A DNA stretch of 64,000 nt, taken from positions 512,001 to 576,000 of the forward strand of contig CAVSOU010000008.1 of NCBI GenBank assembly GCA_963729625.1, read 5' to 3'. The stretch is from an uncultured bacterium (GTDB lineage Bacteria > Chloroflexota > UBA5177 > JANWHV01). Of the stretch, positions 13,752-23,881 are shown one piece after another. Made by a program: the position numbers and the translations under genes. Under the pieces are notes generated by a model, which saw only the letters and a list, made by a program, of their open reading frames with translations, was not told where the DNA came from and did not search any database. Numbering within the stretch: the first letter of the stretch is position 1; every line of letters begins with the position of its first letter.

Positions 13752-14693
13752 TCAGCCCAACAATGGCTCGGCGGCGACTGTTGAGGTTATTTCGGCATGG
13801 GAAGCGCCGCGGCCAGCGATGGCAACGCCGAGGATGATACAGCAGCCACCGACCAAGGTGGCCAGGTCCGGTCGCTCGCTCAGGAGCACTCTGGCCAGTA
13901 CAATGCCGAGCAGTGGCTGCAGGTACAGCGTGGGCGCCGCGCTGGCCGCTTCGACATGCTTGAGCGCAACCATCCAGATCACGTAGGCAACCGCCGTCGA
14001 CGGGATACCCAGATAGAGGATCCCGGCCCAGGCTCCCGGCGTCATCCGCGGCACGCCGGCTACGGCGACGTTGACGATGGAGGCGGGGATCCAGAACAAC
14101 ATGCTGGCGACGACACCCGACGCGATAATCAGGAGACCGGGATAGCGCGCCAGCGCGGCCTTGCCAAAGGTCGAATACGATGCCTCACACACCAGGGCGA
14201 GGACTACGAGAAGGTCACCGATCAGGCGCGTTCCGCCGCCCATGTGCGGCAGGCCAAGGCCGTCCACGATCACGATGTAGATCCCCAGGGATCCGATGAT
14301 CAGTCCCCATACGGCTCCCCTGCGCACCGATTCGCGCAGTACGAGCCAGGCCATGATCGAGGTGAACATACTCTCAGCGCCAATCAGCAAGGCGGTGTCG
14401 GAGGCCGTGGTCAGGTTGAGTCCGCCGAACTCGATCAACTTGTTGAGCACGAAGCCAATCAGGCTGAGCCCGCCGAGAGGAATCAGATCGCGCCGTGTGA
14501 TCGGCATGGCGCGCCGTCCAAACCACAGAACGGGACCGAGCGCGAGCGAGGCGACGGCAAAGCGGAGGGTATTCATCTCTATCGGAGAAAGGATGCGCAT
14601 GGCCTCTTTGCCGGCCGTGTACGACCCCGACCACATGACGTTGGCAAAGATAAGCACGAGCATGGCGCGGCTTCGCGTCCAGCGCATCGGCAC
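13752..14693 (-). CDS. DMT/EamA family transporter
   Basis: Ten TM helices, two EamA repeats (WSGSY..GK, LRES, IGDLLVV, LSER). Confidence 0.9.
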   Translation of the reverse strand: MPMRWTRSRAMLVLIFANVMWSGSYTAGKEAMRILSPIEMNTLRFAVASLALGPVLWFGRRAMPITRRDLIPLGGLSLIGFVLNKLIEFGGLNLTTASDTALLIGAESMFTSIMAWLVLRESVRRGAVWGLIIGSLGIYIVIVDGLGLPHMGGGTRLIGDLLVVLALVCEASYSTFGKAALARYPGLLIIASGVVASMLFWIPASIVNVAVAGVPRMTPGAWAGILYLGIPSTAVAYVIWMVALKHVEAASAAPTLYLQPLLGIVLARVLLSERPDLATLVGGCCIILGVAIAGRGASHAEITSTVAAEPLLG

Positions 14694-14862
14694 GGTCTAC
14701 TTTCTGCATGACGAGCGGAGCGCAGTCCTCCAGCAGACGTCAAGCAAGTGGAAGGTATCAGAGCTTGTCTAGCCGTTGGGGACCGGGAGCAGGCCCTGCC
14801 GTGCAGCGGCCAAGGCGCCCTGCCAAAGCCGATATCCTCGGGTAGGCGGGCGCCGTCCGATC

Positions 14863-15078
14863 CTAGCTCTTGGCTTGCTTGTGCTGCGTGCGCAGGCAGC
14901 GGGCGCAGATGCGCATCTTGGTCGCCTTGCCGTTCAGCACCAGAGTGACGTTCTGCAGGTTCGGCTTGAACGTGCGGCTCGTCACTGGGGCGCGTCGAAA
15001 CCAGCCGCCGCCTGCTTTGTGGCGAATACTGCGACCGAAGGTCGTCTTCTTGGCACAGATCTCACACTGAAAAGCCAC
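14863..15078 (-). CDS. rpmB: 50S ribosomal protein L28 (CxxC zinc-type)
   Basis: CEICAK...RTFKPNLQ...ICARCLRT; GGAG upstream of the GTG start. Confidence 0.95.
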   Translation of the reverse strand: MAFQCEICAKKTTFGRSIRHKAGGGWFRRAPVTSRTFKPNLQNVTLVLNGKATKMRICARCLRTQHKQAKS

Positions 15079-15398
15079 GGGCGTGTTCTCCAATCTGCCG
15101 GATGCCGGTCAGGGTTCTCTCACTATGTGGGCTGCGCGGCAGACCGGAAAGCCCGCGTCGGGGTCCAAACCGCACCGGACAAGGGTAGCATATTGCTGAT
15201 TCGCACGGCAACTCCTGCATTCTACTACGTACTAGCCAGGGGCGGACTGGCGCCTGCGGCTACCTACTCGCTTGAGACCTGACCGACACTCGGAAACACG
15301 GACCTTCACCATGGTGGCAGCCGCGCAGCGAACCGCGCTATGCTGGGGAAGTTGAGGCTCATGCGGTCCTCTCCAGCAACCCGTAGAAAGCAGGTCCG

Positions 15399-15809
15399 AT
15401 GACTGAGCAGGAGCTGGCATCGTTCTGGCGCGAGCCAAACCTGGCCAAACTGGCCACGATCAATACAGACGGCACGCCGCACCTCGTGCCGATCTGGTAT
15501 CTGCACGATGGACGGGACCTGCTGGTGGTCACCCGTCCTACATCGCGCAAGGTACGCAACCTTCGGCGCGACAACCGGGTGACCGTCTGCATCGATCGGC
15601 CCACGCCACCGTACGCCGGAGTGGTCGCGCAGGGTACGGCGGCACTGGAGGAGGTAGCGTATCAGCAACTGGCCGTACCGATGGCCGTGCGATACCTGGG
15701 CGTGGACGCCGGCACACTGGTTGGGGCGCAGTACGCACACGTTGACCTGATGACCATCCGCATTCGCATCGAGCACCAGTTCAGCTGGGACTATAGCAAG
15801 TCGGAATGA
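15399..15809 (+). CDS. PPOX-class (pyridoxamine 5'-phosphate oxidase-like, possibly F420-dependent) oxidoreductase
   Basis: LATINTDGTPHLVPIWY...KVRNLRRDNRVTVCI. Confidence 0.88.
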   Translation: MTEQELASFWREPNLAKLATINTDGTPHLVPIWYLHDGRDLLVVTRPTSRKVRNLRRDNRVTVCIDRPTPPYAGVVAQGTAALEEVAYQQLAVPMAVRYLGVDAGTLVGAQYAHVDLMTIRIRIEHQFSWDYSKSE

Positions 15810-15886
15810 GCGCCTTGACCTGTGTGCGCCGCCGTGCGCGGCCGGCATGGCATACCCGCTAGCGCTATCGATAGCCGGGAGGAGAA

Positions 15887-16297
15887 ATGGACGCCGAGAC
15901 TCAACAGGCGTTGATCGCGGCCGCCACCGCCGCGCACGCACACGCCTACGCGCCGTATTCGCGTTTTCATGTTGGCGCTGCCGTGCTCGCCAGTGACGGC
16001 TCCATCTTTGCCGGCTGCAACGTGGAGAACGTATCGTACGGGCTCACAAGCTGCGCCGAGCGCAACGCGGTCTTCCGGGCGGTGGGGGAAGGAGAGCGGT
16101 CCATCCGGGCCGTGGCGGTCGTGACCGCGGCTGAAACGCCGACCGCGCCGTGCGGCGCTTGCCGGCAAGTGCTCAACGAATTCGCCGTCGAGGGCGACAT
16201 GCACGTGATCCTGGCCGGAACCACCGGGCAGGTGCGCGTGACGCGTCTCTCGGTCCTGCTGCCGGAAAGCTTTTCCAGCTTCATTCCTACGAGCTGA
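15887..16297 (+). CDS. cdd: Cytidine deaminase
   Basis: AYAPYSRFHVGAA, GCNVEN, CAERNA, PCGACRQ, LLPESF. Confidence 0.96.
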   Translation: MDAETQQALIAAATAAHAHAYAPYSRFHVGAAVLASDGSIFAGCNVENVSYGLTSCAERNAVFRAVGEGERSIRAVAVVTAAETPTAPCGACRQVLNEFAVEGDMHVILAGTTGQVRVTRLSVLLPESFSSFIPTS

Positions 16298-16509
16298 AAG
16301 CCGCGCGGCGACGTCGATGCTCGGAGCACTGAAGCTGTTGCATGACAGATACCTCCATAAAGAACGCGTGACCAACGCCGCGCCACACCCCGAGTAACAT
16401 CGCTCGGCATAGATGAGTACGGCGAGGGGTACATCCGGCGTTCATCGCGCCTGTACAGGCAGTAGGTCATGCTGCCGCGTGCGAAACATGTTCGCGACAA
16501 CTGCCCGTG

Positions 16510-16734
16510 CTACGTTTCGCGCGCTGCGTCGAGCTCGTCGCTGCCTTTTGGCGGACGGCCACGGCGAGGCATGCGACCCGCACCATCCGGCCACCGCCCG
16601 GCCTCGGCCAAAACTCGGCGCAGCAGAAACTCGATCTGGGCGTTTGTGCTTCGCAGATCGTCTCCTGCCCAGCGCGCGAGCGCATCGTGAACTGCAGGAT
16701 CCAATCTGAGAAGGATGGTCTTGCGCTCAGCCAC
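16510..16734 (-). CDS. Arc/ribbon-helix-helix DNA-binding protein
   Basis: RKTILLRLDPAVHDALARWAGDDLRSTNAQIEFLLRR; usual partner of the upstream SPFH gene. Confidence 0.85.
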   Translation of the reverse strand: MAERKTILLRLDPAVHDALARWAGDDLRSTNAQIEFLLRRVLAEAGRWPDGAGRMPRRGRPPKGSDELDAARET

Positions 16735-16758
16735 GGTGCCGCACCTTCAGCAAGCGGT

Positions 16759-17703
16759 CTATTGATACAGCGTGCCGGTGTTGACCACCGGATGCGTCGC
16801 CTGATCGCTGCACAGGACGACGAGCAGATTGGACACCATGGCCGCCTTTCGCTCCTCGTCCAGCTCGACGACGCCTTGCTCGGCCAGTTTGTCGAGCGCC
16901 ATGTGCACCATGCCGACGGCGCCCTCGACGATACGTTGGCGCGCGGCCACCACCGCCTCCGCTTGTTGCCGGCGCAGCATGACTTGAGCGACTTCCGGTG
17001 CGTAGGCAAGGTGTGTAAACCGCGATTCAATGATCTTCACCCCGGCGGCGCCGACCCGAACCGCGATTTCCTGCGACAGCTTCTCGGTGATCTCCTTGGC
17101 ATTGTCGCGCAGTGACAACTGACCCTCTCGACGAGCATCGTAAGGATACGTGTTGGCGATATGACGAACCGCGGTCTCCGTTTGTATGGCCACGAATTCC
17201 GTGAAATCGTCCACTTCAAACACCGCGCGCGCCGTATCGCTGACGTACCAGACAACCACAGCCGCCATCTCGATCGGATTGCCGTCGGCATCGTTGACCT
17301 TCAGGACCGGCGTCTCGTGGTTGCGAATGCGGACAGAGACCCTTCGCCGCGTGGTGAAGGGATTGACCCAGCGTAGGCCCGTCCTGCGGACGGTACCCGT
17401 GTAATGTCCGAATATCTGAATGACCCGTGCCTCTCCGGGTATGACAGCGATCAGACCACGCAGGATGAAGGGGCTCGCGATGGTCAGCAACACCGCCACG
17501 GTTATAGCCGTGACCGATGTCGCCGTGGCGCCGCCGTGCTGTCCTGAATCCACGCCACCCAGGACGTAAAGGCCCACTGCCGCAAGGGTGCACACGATAC
17601 CCAGTATGAGCAGGTACAGGCCATTGCTGCTTGGGGCAGGCCGCTCTCGCTCGCCGGATGATGCCTTGTCGAGTGTCAGCGTGCTCAGTGTGTCGATAGC
17701 CAT
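16759..17703 (-). CDS. SPFH/band-7 domain membrane protein
   Basis: Two TM helices, [45 protein letters not shown]. Confidence 0.93.
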   Translation of the reverse strand: MAIDTLSTLTLDKASSGERERPAPSSNGLYLLILGIVCTLAAVGLYVLGGVDSGQHGGATATSVTAITVAVLLTIASPFILRGLIAVIPGEARVIQIFGHYTGTVRRTGLRWVNPFTTRRRVSVRIRNHETPVLKVNDADGNPIEMAAVVVWYVSDTARAVFEVDDFTEFVAIQTETAVRHIANTYPYDARREGQLSLRDNAKEITEKLSQEIAVRVGAAGVKIIESRFTHLAYAPEVAQVMLRRQQAEAVVAARQRIVEGAVGMVHMALDKLAEQGVVELDEERKAAMVSNLLVVLCSDQATHPVVNTGTLYQ

Positions 17704-17747
17704 CGTAGAACCTCCTCAGAATGTCGTCATCTTGCTATCCATTACCT

Positions 17748-17776
17748 ATCATAGTGATATCAGTTTTACTCGTCAA
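17748..17776 (-). promoter_or_regulatory. SPFH operon promoter with palindromic operator
   Basis: TTGACG-N17-TATGAT on minus; palindrome TGATATCA (17755-17762) in the spacer. Confidence 0.65.
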
Positions 17777-17833
17777 GCACGTGGCTGACTGCTTCGCGCG
17801 CTTCAGTTACGCTCAAGAGAAAGGTCGTGAGAC

Positions 17834-18922
17834 ATGAGCGTGGTACCTGAAGCCGGTGGCCGCCTCAACAAATGCTGGTTCGACAACTCGTGGTGGGACG
17901 AGCGGATTGGCCGCGCAATCTCGACCGCCGATCCGGTGCTGGCAAACCTGCGTATCACTGTGGCGCACTATCAGCTCTCGCTGGCCATGCGGGAAGTCCT
18001 CGGTTACAAGACTGGGTCCAACTTCCATACATGGGCCACATGGGGGTCCAAGAAAGCTGGCGCGACGATCCGGCAGGAAGATGTGCCTCATGTCCGCGCG
18101 CTGGCTCTGCTGACCGGCGGTGGGCTCGGTCTGCTCGGCACCGCCGAGGTCCGGCACCGGCTGGCGCGCGCGCGCCTACTCTCCTCCGTCACGGGCGCCA
18201 TCGTCGGCGGCTGGGGCATGCGGATGCTGACGCAGCAGCTTCTCGACCATGCCAGCCGGATGATCTTGAGCGGCAATTTCACTGTGCTGGACGACATTGG
18301 TCGCCAGACCGCTCGCTTCGTCAGCGTCTTCCATGGGCATCTCGATCCGGATCCGCGGTGCCTCGAGGACTTTCTCGGGCAGCTGCGTCCCGGGCCCACC
18401 ACCGCGGGCGGACAGGATCTTCTCGCGAAAGCTTTCACCCATTACTACCAGGCTTGGCACGCCAAGGACCTCAACGACAAGCACGAGCAGATGCTGCTGG
18501 CTAATCTGTACACCATTCTGCACGAGCACATCCGCCTGCAGCCGTACATCGCGAGCGCGATGCCGCTGTTGTCGCGGCGGCTTATTACCCATCGGCTGCT
18601 CAGCTTTCACGCCGGCATGCGGAAGATGAGCGTGGGCAGAGACATAGAGCCCCTTGAGGATCCGGGCTGCCCATGCACGCTGCGGCATATCGAGAACGTC
18701 GAGCTGCTGGGTTTTCTGGGCGGGCCGGGCGGCTGGGACAGGACGCCCGACAGCGTGCTTGGCAGCCATGCGAACAATTGGGCCGACATCCACGATCGCA
18801 TGAACTTCATTTGCGATCTCTTCCGCGCGCACCACTTCGATCCGGGCCTGTTCACTGCCCCGTATACCGACGCGCAATGTGCGGATATCGAATCCGGACG
18901 TGTTCCTGGGGGAGAACTCTGA
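17834..18922 (+). CDS. Hypothetical protein (362 aa)
   Basis: Long ORF with coding-like composition, AAAGG upstream; NLRIT..Y, NFHTWATWGSKKAG, HEHIRLQPYI and W.....RM.FI.DLFR motifs; function unknown. Confidence 0.75.
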   Translation: MSVVPEAGGRLNKCWFDNSWWDERIGRAISTADPVLANLRITVAHYQLSLAMREVLGYKTGSNFHTWATWGSKKAGATIRQEDVPHVRALALLTGGGLGLLGTAEVRHRLARARLLSSVTGAIVGGWGMRMLTQQLLDHASRMILSGNFTVLDDIGRQTARFVSVFHGHLDPDPRCLEDFLGQLRPGPTTAGGQDLLAKAFTHYYQAWHAKDLNDKHEQMLLANLYTILHEHIRLQPYIASAMPLLSRRLITHRLLSFHAGMRKMSVGRDIEPLEDPGCPCTLRHIENVELLGFLGGPGGWDRTPDSVLGSHANNWADIHDRMNFICDLFRAHHFDPGLFTAPYTDAQCADIESGRVPGGEL

Positions 18923-19029
18923 CGCGCACTCTCGCTCCCCACCACCACACCGCGATGCTCGTGCTCAGCACCTCTGGCAGATGAACGGACTATACCAAAT
19001 CCGATATATTGTTTGTCTGGGAGAATAGT

Positions 19030-19155
19030 ATGCGACCAGTGCAATTTGTCGGCCAGTCTCGGGAGGATCTTCGGTCGTTTCCGGAGGACGTCCGGCAGGA
19101 TGTAGGCCACGCGCTCTATCTGGTGCAGATCGGTCAGACGCCTGATAACGTCAAG
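19030..19155 (+). pseudogene. Truncated RelE/ParE-superfamily (Gp49/HigB-like) toxin
   Basis: MRPVQFVGQSREDLRSFPEDVRQDVGHALYLVQIGQTPDNVK matches the N-terminal ~40 aa, then similarity stops; no antitoxin seen. Confidence 0.7.
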
Positions 19156-19258
19156 GAAGAGCGCAGGCTCGACTTGCGCGTGAGCCAGCGTAGGGACTTG
19201 CACGTGGAGCGGCTGGTAGTGGCGGTGACGGCGGCGGTGAAGAAGCCGCGCGCGGCGG

Positions 19259-19456
19259 TCAGTTCGCGATCGAGAAGCGTGCCGGCACGACAAGGCAGTA
19301 GCGCTCCCGCACCACCGCTGAATAGAGTTGCATGGCACGAGAAAGCCGCTCCTGTGCCTCGCGGACGGCTTCTGGAATGCCTGCGTTCTCGGTCTGCGCG
19401 AGCAGCCTGCGGCAGCGGCTGACGTCGGCCTGAGCCTGTTGCAGTAGATCTACCAT
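19259..19456 (-). CDS. Small helical hypothetical protein (65 aa)
   Basis: GAGGG SD before ATG; MVDLLQQAQADVSRCRRLLAQ...VREAQERLSRAMQLY helical hairpin pattern. Confidence 0.45.
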   Translation of the reverse strand: MVDLLQQAQADVSRCRRLLAQTENAGIPEAVREAQERLSRAMQLYSAVVRERYCLVVPARFSIAN

Positions 19457-19539
19457 GGGGAGCACCCTCGCATTTCGTCCCATCAAATCCTCGTATGGAC
19501 CTACTCTACGGTTCACATATTGGCGCGCTGTCAGCGTCC

Positions 19540-19566
19540 TGTAAAAACGTGTAAACACTGTGTAAA
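19540..19566. promoter_or_regulatory. Triple TGTAAA direct repeat (WalR/OmpR-type box)
   Basis: TGTAAA at 19540, 19550, 19561; the last two form TGTAAA-N5-TGTAAA. Confidence 0.5.
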
Positions 19567-19615
19567 GCTCCTCGCAACAAGCGTGGCCCCTCGCACCGTG
19601 GCTGGAGTGGCGTTC

Positions 19616-19822
19616 ATGCTGCCGCTGTGCCCGTCGCGCGCGCTCAGACGGTCTGTGTCTCGGCCTCATCCAGCTCCAACTCGCGCAGCGCCCGTCGCGC
19701 CGGTCCAACACGCGGCTAGCCAGACGGCCGACGGCGAGCTCCTGCGAACGCTGCAAGAGGCAGAAGAGGAAGTCCAGCGATTGAGTCGAGAACTGGATCG
19801 GCTCGAGCGCGAGCGCGCCTGA
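19616..19822 (+). CDS. Small coiled-coil hypothetical protein (68 aa)
   Basis: GGAG SD; C-terminal heptads LLRTLQEAEEEVQRLSRELDRLERE. Confidence 0.4.
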   Translation: MLPLCPSRALRRSVSRPHPAPTRAAPVAPVQHAASQTADGELLRTLQEAEEEVQRLSRELDRLERERA

Positions 19823-19839
19823 CTCGCGGAGGCAGCAGG

Positions 19840-20499
19840 TTACGCATACGGCTTTCGGGCGATTATGCCCAGATCTTCCAGCGTGGTCATCACCTCGGTG
19901 AATCCATGGGTTCGCCGCGCTTGCAGCCCGGCGGAGAGCGCGCCGTCGACGTTCAACTGATTGTCGTCGAGGAACAGAATGCGCTCGGGCGCCAATCCCA
20001 GCGCATCCACGACGAACTCAAACGCTTCCTTGTCCGGCTTCAGACGGCCGATCATGTGCGAGAGGAAGCAGGACTCGAAGTACTGGCCCAGGCCCATCCT
20101 CTCGCCTATGCGCTCCCAATGCAGCTCGTTGGTGTTGGAAAAGCACGCGAGGCGATACGAATCGCGCAAGGACGTCAGCAGCGGTACAACACCGGGGTAC
20201 GGTCTGCGCGGCCAGGAGATAAACGCCTCGATAAACTCCTTGGCGCCGATAGAAAGCCCAAATTCACGCACGACTGCCTCGCCAAATTCCTCGACAGTCG
20301 CTTGCCCTATCTCAAACCGGCGGACGGCCGGCGACTGCAGCCAGCGCCGCCACATCTCGTCCACGCTCATCGAGTGATCGAGCCATTCCAGGAACTTTGG
20401 CACGCCGCCAAGCTCGACGAGTACCCCGCCAAGGTCAAACAGCAGGACTTCGATTGAGTCGGAGGCAACCGGCATGAACGTGTGCTTGTCCATGTGCAT
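19840..20499 (-). CDS. HAD-family phosphatase (YihX-like)
   Basis: LLFDLGGV, FSNTN, KPD, FLDDNQLNV; start uncertain (20511/20499/20475). Confidence 0.92.
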   Translation of the reverse strand: MHMDKHTFMPVASDSIEVLLFDLGGVLVELGGVPKFLEWLDHSMSVDEMWRRWLQSPAVRRFEIGQATVEEFGEAVVREFGLSIGAKEFIEAFISWPRRPYPGVVPLLTSLRDSYRLACFSNTNELHWERIGERMGLGQYFESCFLSHMIGRLKPDKEAFEFVVDALGLAPERILFLDDNQLNVDGALSAGLQARRTHGFTEVMTTLEDLGIIARKPYA

Positions 20500-21017
20500 G
20501 GAATTGATCATACGGGAAGGTCGTTGGCAAAGACACGGCAGGCCCGAACAGCTCTCGCAGAAGCCTGCGACACGGTACGCCGTGTCGGGGGATATGGAAT
20601 GGTCGCGTTACCTGCAACCAGCGGCCACCGGAAACAGCCGTGCTCTACAGCAGTGGAAACGCGCTGTCAAGTGGCGTAATGCGCGAAAACCGCAGTCTGG
20701 CACCGTGAAATTGCTCGGCCCAACGCCGTCGATCATACTAGCCAGACGGCACTTGCACGGCTCCTTCCATATGGCGTATGACTGAGGACATAGCACACGG
20801 CAGCAGTGTTGCCGGAACCCAGAGGTTGAGGAGGCCGATCGCTGCGGCGAAGCGCGTGGCGCTTACGCCGGTCTTTTCGTGTCGGGTTCCCGCGATGCGT
20901 GCATGGGCGGAGGATACGGCCTTCCAACTATGACGGGGGCAGACAGTATCGCTCCGATACGACACCACGTGCGCCGGCTCGCGGCACACGTGGGGCATTG
21001 CCGGCGTGGGCTAGCCA

Positions 21018-22802
21018 ATGCAGACAGGTATTCCACGGGCGAAAGCGAGGCGCACATTGGATGGTCAGCTCACCACCGACGCGACAGATAGGCCGCGCGC
21101 GTTGCGCAGCCGTCTCACCGATCCAGCAGAGTTTGTTCGCGTCGTCGAGCTCGTGAGCACACGGGGCTCGTTAGCAGACTCCAGTCCATCACGCATCGTC
21201 ACCGAGGCGACCGAGCTGGCGCGACTCGGCGTGGCACATGCGCTCAGCATCACCGACAGCGCGGGCGGCCACCCCAGCCTGATTCCCGAGGCGCTGGGGG
21301 CGCGGCTGCGTGACATGGATCAGGACGTGATTATTCACCTGTCCTGCAAGGATCTGAATCGCAACGGTCTGGAGAGCAGGGCGTGGTCGCTGGCCACCGC
21401 CGGATTTGATAATGTGCTATGCATCTCCGGCGACTATCCGGTCGAGGGCTACCATGGCCGGGCCGCGCCTGTGTTCGACATCGATTCGGTGGCGCTACTG
21501 GAGATGCTGCGTGAGATGAATCACGGCTTCCCTGCCACCGCACCCAAGAAGGGTGAGTCGGCGACGCTACCGCCCACGCAATTCTTTACTGGTGCGGCGG
21601 TCTCCCCGTTCAAGCTCCGCGAGAGCGAGCTGATGCCACAGTACTTCAAGCTGGCCCGTAAGGTCGCCGCGGGCGCCCAGTTCTTCATTACCCAGCTCGG
21701 CTACGACTCGCGCAAGTTCGACGACCTGCTCAAGTTCATGGCCCTGCGGAAGCTGGACGTCCCGGTGATGGCCAACATCTTCGTCCTGACAGCCCCGACG
21801 GCGCGCTACTACCACCGCGGCGCGGTGCCGGGCGTCATCGTCTCCGATGCCCTCCTGGAACTGGCGGAGACGCAAGCAGCGTCAAAAGACAAAGGGAAGA
21901 AGTTCTTCCACGAATTCGCCGCCAAGCAAGTTGCCATTGCCCGCGGGTTGGGCTATCGCGGCGCCTACCTGGGCGGCCACGTGAAGCCCGCAGACTTCAA
22001 GGCCATCTTCGCGCTGGCCGATTCGTTTGGCGCCGACGACTGGCGGATCTTCGCGCGGGAGATCCAGTTTGGCCAGCCCGGAGAATTCTATCTGTTCGAG
22101 CAGGATCTGACGACACAGCTCAGCTCGACAGAGGTCAATCGCGCCTATCGTCAGTCAGTCACTCCGGCAGGACGGCGCCAGCTGCTCGACGGCGTGCCGG
22201 TCGCCTACAAGCTCAATCGCTCGGTGCACACGCACGTATTTGACCAGAACTCCTTCGGTTTCCGCATGGGAAAGCGCTTCTACGCGCGCGTCGATCGCTC
22301 CCCCGGAGCCCAGAAATGGATGCATGTCGCCGAGCAGGCAATCAAGATTCCCATGTTCGGGTGCCGCGACTGCGGCGACTGCTCGCTGCCGGACATCGCC
22401 TATCTGTGCCCGGAATCACAGTGCGCCAAGAACCAGCGGAACGGACCGTGCGGTGGGAGCCACGAAGGCATCTGCGAGGCCACGCAGAAGAAGTGCATGT
22501 GGACCCGAGCCTACGAGCGACTGAAACCCTATGGAGAAGAAGGACACATGCTCGATCGTCCGGCGGTCACCAAGGACAGCAGCCTCAAGGGTACTTCATC
22601 GTGGGCAAACACATTCCTGGGACGCGACCATTTTGGCATCGATCGGGGCATGGCTCAGAAACTCAGTGATACTGTGGGGCCGGCAGGTGTTGCCTTGACT
22701 GCTGAAAAGGGGCCAACTTCGGCAATCCGCCCCGCGCAAACTCTAGCCCCGGATCCCGCCCCAATCGAACCATCCCTCGATCGGCAGCAGAACAAGGAGT
22801 GA
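21018..22802 (+). CDS. Methylenetetrahydrofolate reductase MetF fused to a C-terminal MetV-like Fe-S domain
   Basis: SITDSAGG, HLSCKDLNR, LCISGD, KVAAGAQFFITQLGYD; C-terminal CRDCGDC...CPESQCAKNQRNGPCGGS...CE...CMW; start may be TTG 21057. Confidence 0.88.
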   Translation: MQTGIPRAKARRTLDGQLTTDATDRPRALRSRLTDPAEFVRVVELVSTRGSLADSSPSRIVTEATELARLGVAHALSITDSAGGHPSLIPEALGARLRDMDQDVIIHLSCKDLNRNGLESRAWSLATAGFDNVLCISGDYPVEGYHGRAAPVFDIDSVALLEMLREMNHGFPATAPKKGESATLPPTQFFTGAAVSPFKLRESELMPQYFKLARKVAAGAQFFITQLGYDSRKFDDLLKFMALRKLDVPVMANIFVLTAPTARYYHRGAVPGVIVSDALLELAETQAASKDKGKKFFHEFAAKQVAIARGLGYRGAYLGGHVKPADFKAIFALADSFGADDWRIFAREIQFGQPGEFYLFEQDLTTQLSSTEVNRAYRQSVTPAGRRQLLDGVPVAYKLNRSVHTHVFDQNSFGFRMGKRFYARVDRSPGAQKWMHVAEQAIKIPMFGCRDCGDCSLPDIAYLCPESQCAKNQRNGPCGGSHEGICEATQKKCMWTRAYERLKPYGEEGHMLDRPAVTKDSSLKGTSSWANTFLGRDHFGIDRGMAQKLSDTVGPAGVALTAEKGPTSAIRPAQTLAPDPAPIEPSLDRQQNKE

Positions 22803-22808
22803 CGGTAA

Positions 22809-23846
22809 ATGGCAGTGCAGGACGAGCTGGCTAGGTTCACGATTGTCGGTGAGAATATCCACACTACGCGCTCGGTGTCGCGCAAGAGCAACCGCGTCAC
22901 AGTGCTCGAGGACGGCACGGAAGGCATTCGGTTCCGCGACGCGGCGGGACACACGCGCTACCTCACAGTGCCTGAGAGCTATCGTGAAGCGCAGGCCTAT
23001 CAGCGAGGCCAGATAAAACACATCATGATCGCAGTGCAGAAGGGACTGTCGAGTGACTCGGCCGCGCAAGAAGAGGGCACCGCATATCTGCACAGCGAGG
23101 CGCGACGCCAGATCGACGCGGGCGCGCGTTTTCTCGATATCAATGTCGACGAGATCTCAACGTCGTTGGACGAGCAGATGGCGGCTATGCGTTGGTTGGT
23201 GCAGACTGTGCAGGAGTTCTCGCCTATTTCCTTGAGCATCGACTCGTCCAAGACGGTCATCCTGCGGGAAGGCCTGCGCACCTACGATCGGCGGGCGGGC
23301 CGGCCCATGCTCAACTCCGCGGCGCTCGAGCGGCTTGATACGCTCGACCTGGCACGCGAGTTTGATGCAGATGTCATCGCTTCTGCGGCGGGGGTCGGCA
23401 CGATGCCCAAAGACGCGGACGAGCGCGTGGCCAACGTCAAGGAACTGCTGCAGCACGCTGACGATATTCCGCAAGAGCGCATCCACGTGGATCCCCTCGT
23501 CATGCCAATTTCCGTCGACAGCAGCTACGGCCGCCACTATCTCGATGCGGTGCGAGCCGTTCGGGCGCTCTATGGATCGGCCATCCACATCACCGGCGGC
23601 TTGAGCAACGTCTCGTTCGGGATGCCCAACCGCAAACTGGTCAACGAGGCGTTCATCGTGCTGGCCGTCGAGGCCGGCATCGACGGCGCGATTACCGATC
23701 CCGTGCAGAGCAATCTTGCCGATGTGCTGGCGCAGGACCGTACCGCCGAGCCTTTCGTGTTGGCACGGGCCATGCTCGAAGGAGAAGACGACTACTGCGC
23801 CAACTACCTGAAGGCCTTTCGCGCCGGCCGGCTCAGCGCTAAGTAG
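22809..23846 (+). CDS. Pterin-binding methyl-THF:corrinoid methyltransferase (AcsE-like)
   Basis: IVGENIH, QIDAGARFLDIN, LSIDS, MLNS, VDPLVMPIS, GGLSNVSFGMPNRKLVN, AITDP. Confidence 0.85.
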   Translation: MAVQDELARFTIVGENIHTTRSVSRKSNRVTVLEDGTEGIRFRDAAGHTRYLTVPESYREAQAYQRGQIKHIMIAVQKGLSSDSAAQEEGTAYLHSEARRQIDAGARFLDINVDEISTSLDEQMAAMRWLVQTVQEFSPISLSIDSSKTVILREGLRTYDRRAGRPMLNSAALERLDTLDLAREFDADVIASAAGVGTMPKDADERVANVKELLQHADDIPQERIHVDPLVMPISVDSSYGRHYLDAVRAVRALYGSAIHITGGLSNVSFGMPNRKLVNEAFIVLAVEAGIDGAITDPVQSNLADVLAQDRTAEPFVLARAMLEGEDDYCANYLKAFRAGRLSAK

Positions 23847-23881
23847 GATGAGCACTGCATAGTGCCTAGAATAGGATCCAG

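Noticed and set aside
16287-16343. 18-codon minus ORF MQQLQCSEHRRRRAAFSS with a GGAGGT SD
   Set aside because: Too short, overlaps the cdd end, and has no other support.
20520-21017. SAM, THF, ZTP or cobalamin riboswitch upstream of the metF cluster
   Set aside because: No consensus core of any of these classes could be identified by eye.
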